DNA from: Ylistrum balloti
Taxonomy: Eukaryota
Direction of reading: 5' to 3'
Length of the DNA: 64,000 bases
Assembly: GCF_031769215.1 (NCBI RefSeq)
Contig: NW_026782138.1
Coordinates: forward strand, 434,001-498,000
Below, piece by piece: positions 61,501 through 64,000 of the stretch (position 1 is the first letter of the stretch; each line of letters begins with the position of its first letter). The position numbers and the translations under genes are program-made. The notes beneath the pieces are model-generated. The model had not been told where the DNA came from, did no database searches, and saw nothing but the letters and a program-made list of their open reading frames with translations.

Positions 61501-64000
61501 TTACCTGTCAACTGAAATTTGTACATTATTGTAGTTCTGTCTTTTCTCCTGGTGGTGCAATCTGTTTGAGGATATCCCTGATTTGTTTTACTTCTTTCTT
61601 CACACAAAGTGTCCTTGATTTTATCTTCTTCTTCCTAAGCAACCGATTTTAATTGAATTGTGACCTTCATTAAGGATATCTTTAATAATTTTTTCTTTTT
61701 ATTCCATAACAGGCAGATTGTTGTTTTGGTTAAAAAATATCACACTTTCTTTAGAAAGCTGTAAGGAACCAAAACTTAAAAAAAATCATTAAATTAATTA
61801 AGACTTACCTGTCAACTGAAATTTGTACATTATTGTAGTTCTGTCTTTTCTCCTGGTGGTGCAATCTGTTTGAGGATAACCCTGATTTGTTTTACTTCTT
61901 TCTTCACACAAAGTGTCCTTGATTTTATCTCCTTTGTCCTTAACAACCAAATTGTGACCTTCATTAAGGTTAGCCTGGATATTATTTTCTTGTTCTTTCA
62001 TGACAGGCAGATTGTGGTTTTGGTTAAGAAAATATCACACTTTCGTTAGAAAGCTGCTACCCACAAAGACAAGTGGTGATGGTATTTGTAAAACCCTGAG
62101 CTGTATCAAGTTCCCATTTGTGTTAGAAAGACCTGCATTCAGGAAATCTCTGATCTTTTTCTCTTTTTGTTTTACAGCCTGGTTAAGGTTGGTGATATGA
62201 ATTTCTGGTAAATACTTTCATTAAAAAGGAAGTTTTTAAAAACAATTTGTAGACAAAACTATTTGTATTACACAGACCTGCATTGAGGATATCTTTGATA
62301 ATTTTTTCTTTTTATTCCATAACAGGCAGATTGTTGTTTTGGTTAAAAAATATCACACTTTCTTTAGAAAGCTGTAAGGAACCAAAACTTAAAAAAAATC
62401 ATTAAATTAATTAAGACTTACCTGTCAACTGAAATTTGTACATTATTGTAGTTCTGTCTTTTCTCCTGGTGGTGCAATCTGTTTGAGGATAACCCTGATT
62501 TGTTTTACTTCTTTCTTCACACAAAGTGTCCTTGATTTTATCTCCTTTGTCCTTAACAACCAAATTGTGACCTTCATTAAGGTTAGCCTGGATATTATTT
62601 TCTTGTTCTTTCATGACAGGCAGATTGTGGTTTTGGTTAAGAAAATATCACACTTTCGTTAGAAAGCTGCTACCCACAAAGACAAGTGGTGATGGTATTT
62701 GTAAAACCCTGAGCTGTATCAAGTTCCCATTTGTGTTAGAAAGACCTGCATTCAGGAAATCTCTGATCTTTTTCTCTTTTTGTTTTACAGCCTGGTTAAG
62801 GTTGGTGATATGAATTTCTGGTAAATACTTTCATTAAAAAGGAAGTTTTTAAAAACAATTTGTAGACAAAACTATTTGTATTACACAGACCTGCATTGAG
62901 GATATCTTTGATAATTTTTTCTTTTTATTCCATAACAGGCAGATTGTTGTTTTGGTTAAAAAATATCACACTTTCTTTAGAAAGCTGTAAGGAACCAAAA
63001 CTTAAAAAAAAATTATTAAATTAATTAAGACTTACCTGTCAACTGAAATTTGTACATTATTGTAGTTCTGTCTTTTCTCCTGGCGGTGCAATCTGTTTGA
63101 GGATATCCCTGATTTGTTTTACTTCCTTCTTCACACAAAGTGTCCTTGATTTTATCTCCTTTGTCCTTAACAACCAAATTGTGACCTTTATTAAGGTTAC
63201 CCTTGATATTATTTTCTTGTTCTTTCATGACAGGCAGATTGTGGTTTTGGTTAAGAAAATATCACACTTTGTTAGAAAGCTGCTACCCACAAAGACAAGT
63301 GGTGATGGTATTTGTAAAACCCTGAGCTGTATCAAGTTCCCATTTGTGTTTACAAAGACCTGCTTTTACGATCAAAGACCTGCTTTTAGGATATCTGTGA
63401 TTTTTCTCTCGTCTTGTTTTACAGCCTGGTTAAGTTTGGCGATATGAATTTCTGGTAAATGCTTTCATTAAAAAGGACGTTTTTAAAAATAATTTGTAGA
63501 CAAAGCTATTTGTATTACACAGATCTGTTTGAGGATATCCCTGATTTGTTTTACTTCTTTCTTCACACAAAGTGTCCTTGATTTTATCTTCTTCTTCCTA
63601 AGCAACCGATTTTAATTGAATTGTGACCTTCATTAAGGATATCTTTAATAATTTTTTCTTTTTATTCCATAACAGGCAGATTGTTGTTTTGGTTAAAAAA
63701 TATCACACTTTCTTTAGAAAGCTGTAAGGAACCAAAACTTAAAAAAAAATCATTAAATTAATTAAGACTTACCTGTCAACTGAAATTTGTACATTATTGT
63801 AGTTCTGTCGTTTCTCCTGGTGGTGCAATCTGTTTGAGGATATCCCTGATTTGTTTTACTTCCTTCTTCACACAAAGTGTCCTTGATTTTATCTTCTTCT
63901 TCCTAAGCAACCGATTTTAATTGAATTGTGACCTTCATTAAGGATATCTTTAATAATTTTTTCTTTTTATTCCATAACAGGCAGATTGTTGTTTTGGTTA
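58520..64000 (-). repeat. Mosaic macro-repeat (periods about 300, 613 and 720-775 bp) running off the window end
   Basis: Shared module marker CTTACCTGTC at 59097, 59872, 60170 (mutated), 60782, 61500, 61804, 62417, 63031 and 63768; near-identical 67-aa ORFs recur in the ORF track. Confidence 0.97.

Overview
AT-rich animal genomic DNA with GT-AG introns, probably from a bivalve or other lophotrochozoan (inferred from composition and repeat style only). Three multi-exon genes were assembled by hand with consistent splice phases. (1) PDHA1, pyruvate dehydrogenase E1-alpha (+, 2998-7677; first exon not found, probably left of the window), with an antisense CR1/L2-type LINE relic upstream. (2) An 879-aa secreted, membrane-anchored protein (-, 37302-25101) made of TWO GPR158/GPR179-type Cache+EGF ectodomain modules. 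The modules are joined by a basic linker with furin sites at both ends, and the protein ends in one hydrophobic anchor with no 7TM. (3) A PRDM4-like PR/SET zinc-finger gene (+, 44838-52839, 886 aa). Between 9.6 and 22.7 kb lie 28-42-bp minisatellite arrays, most carrying a TF-motif-like core, around a small C2HC zinc-finger ORF. The last 5.5 kb is a mosaic macro-repeat that looks like an amplified fossil of a repeat-protein exon with a splice donor. Tandem repeats seeded at exon-intron junctions recur across the window. No CRISPR, rRNA or tRNA was recognised. All alignments and copy numbers are by eye; no searches were run.
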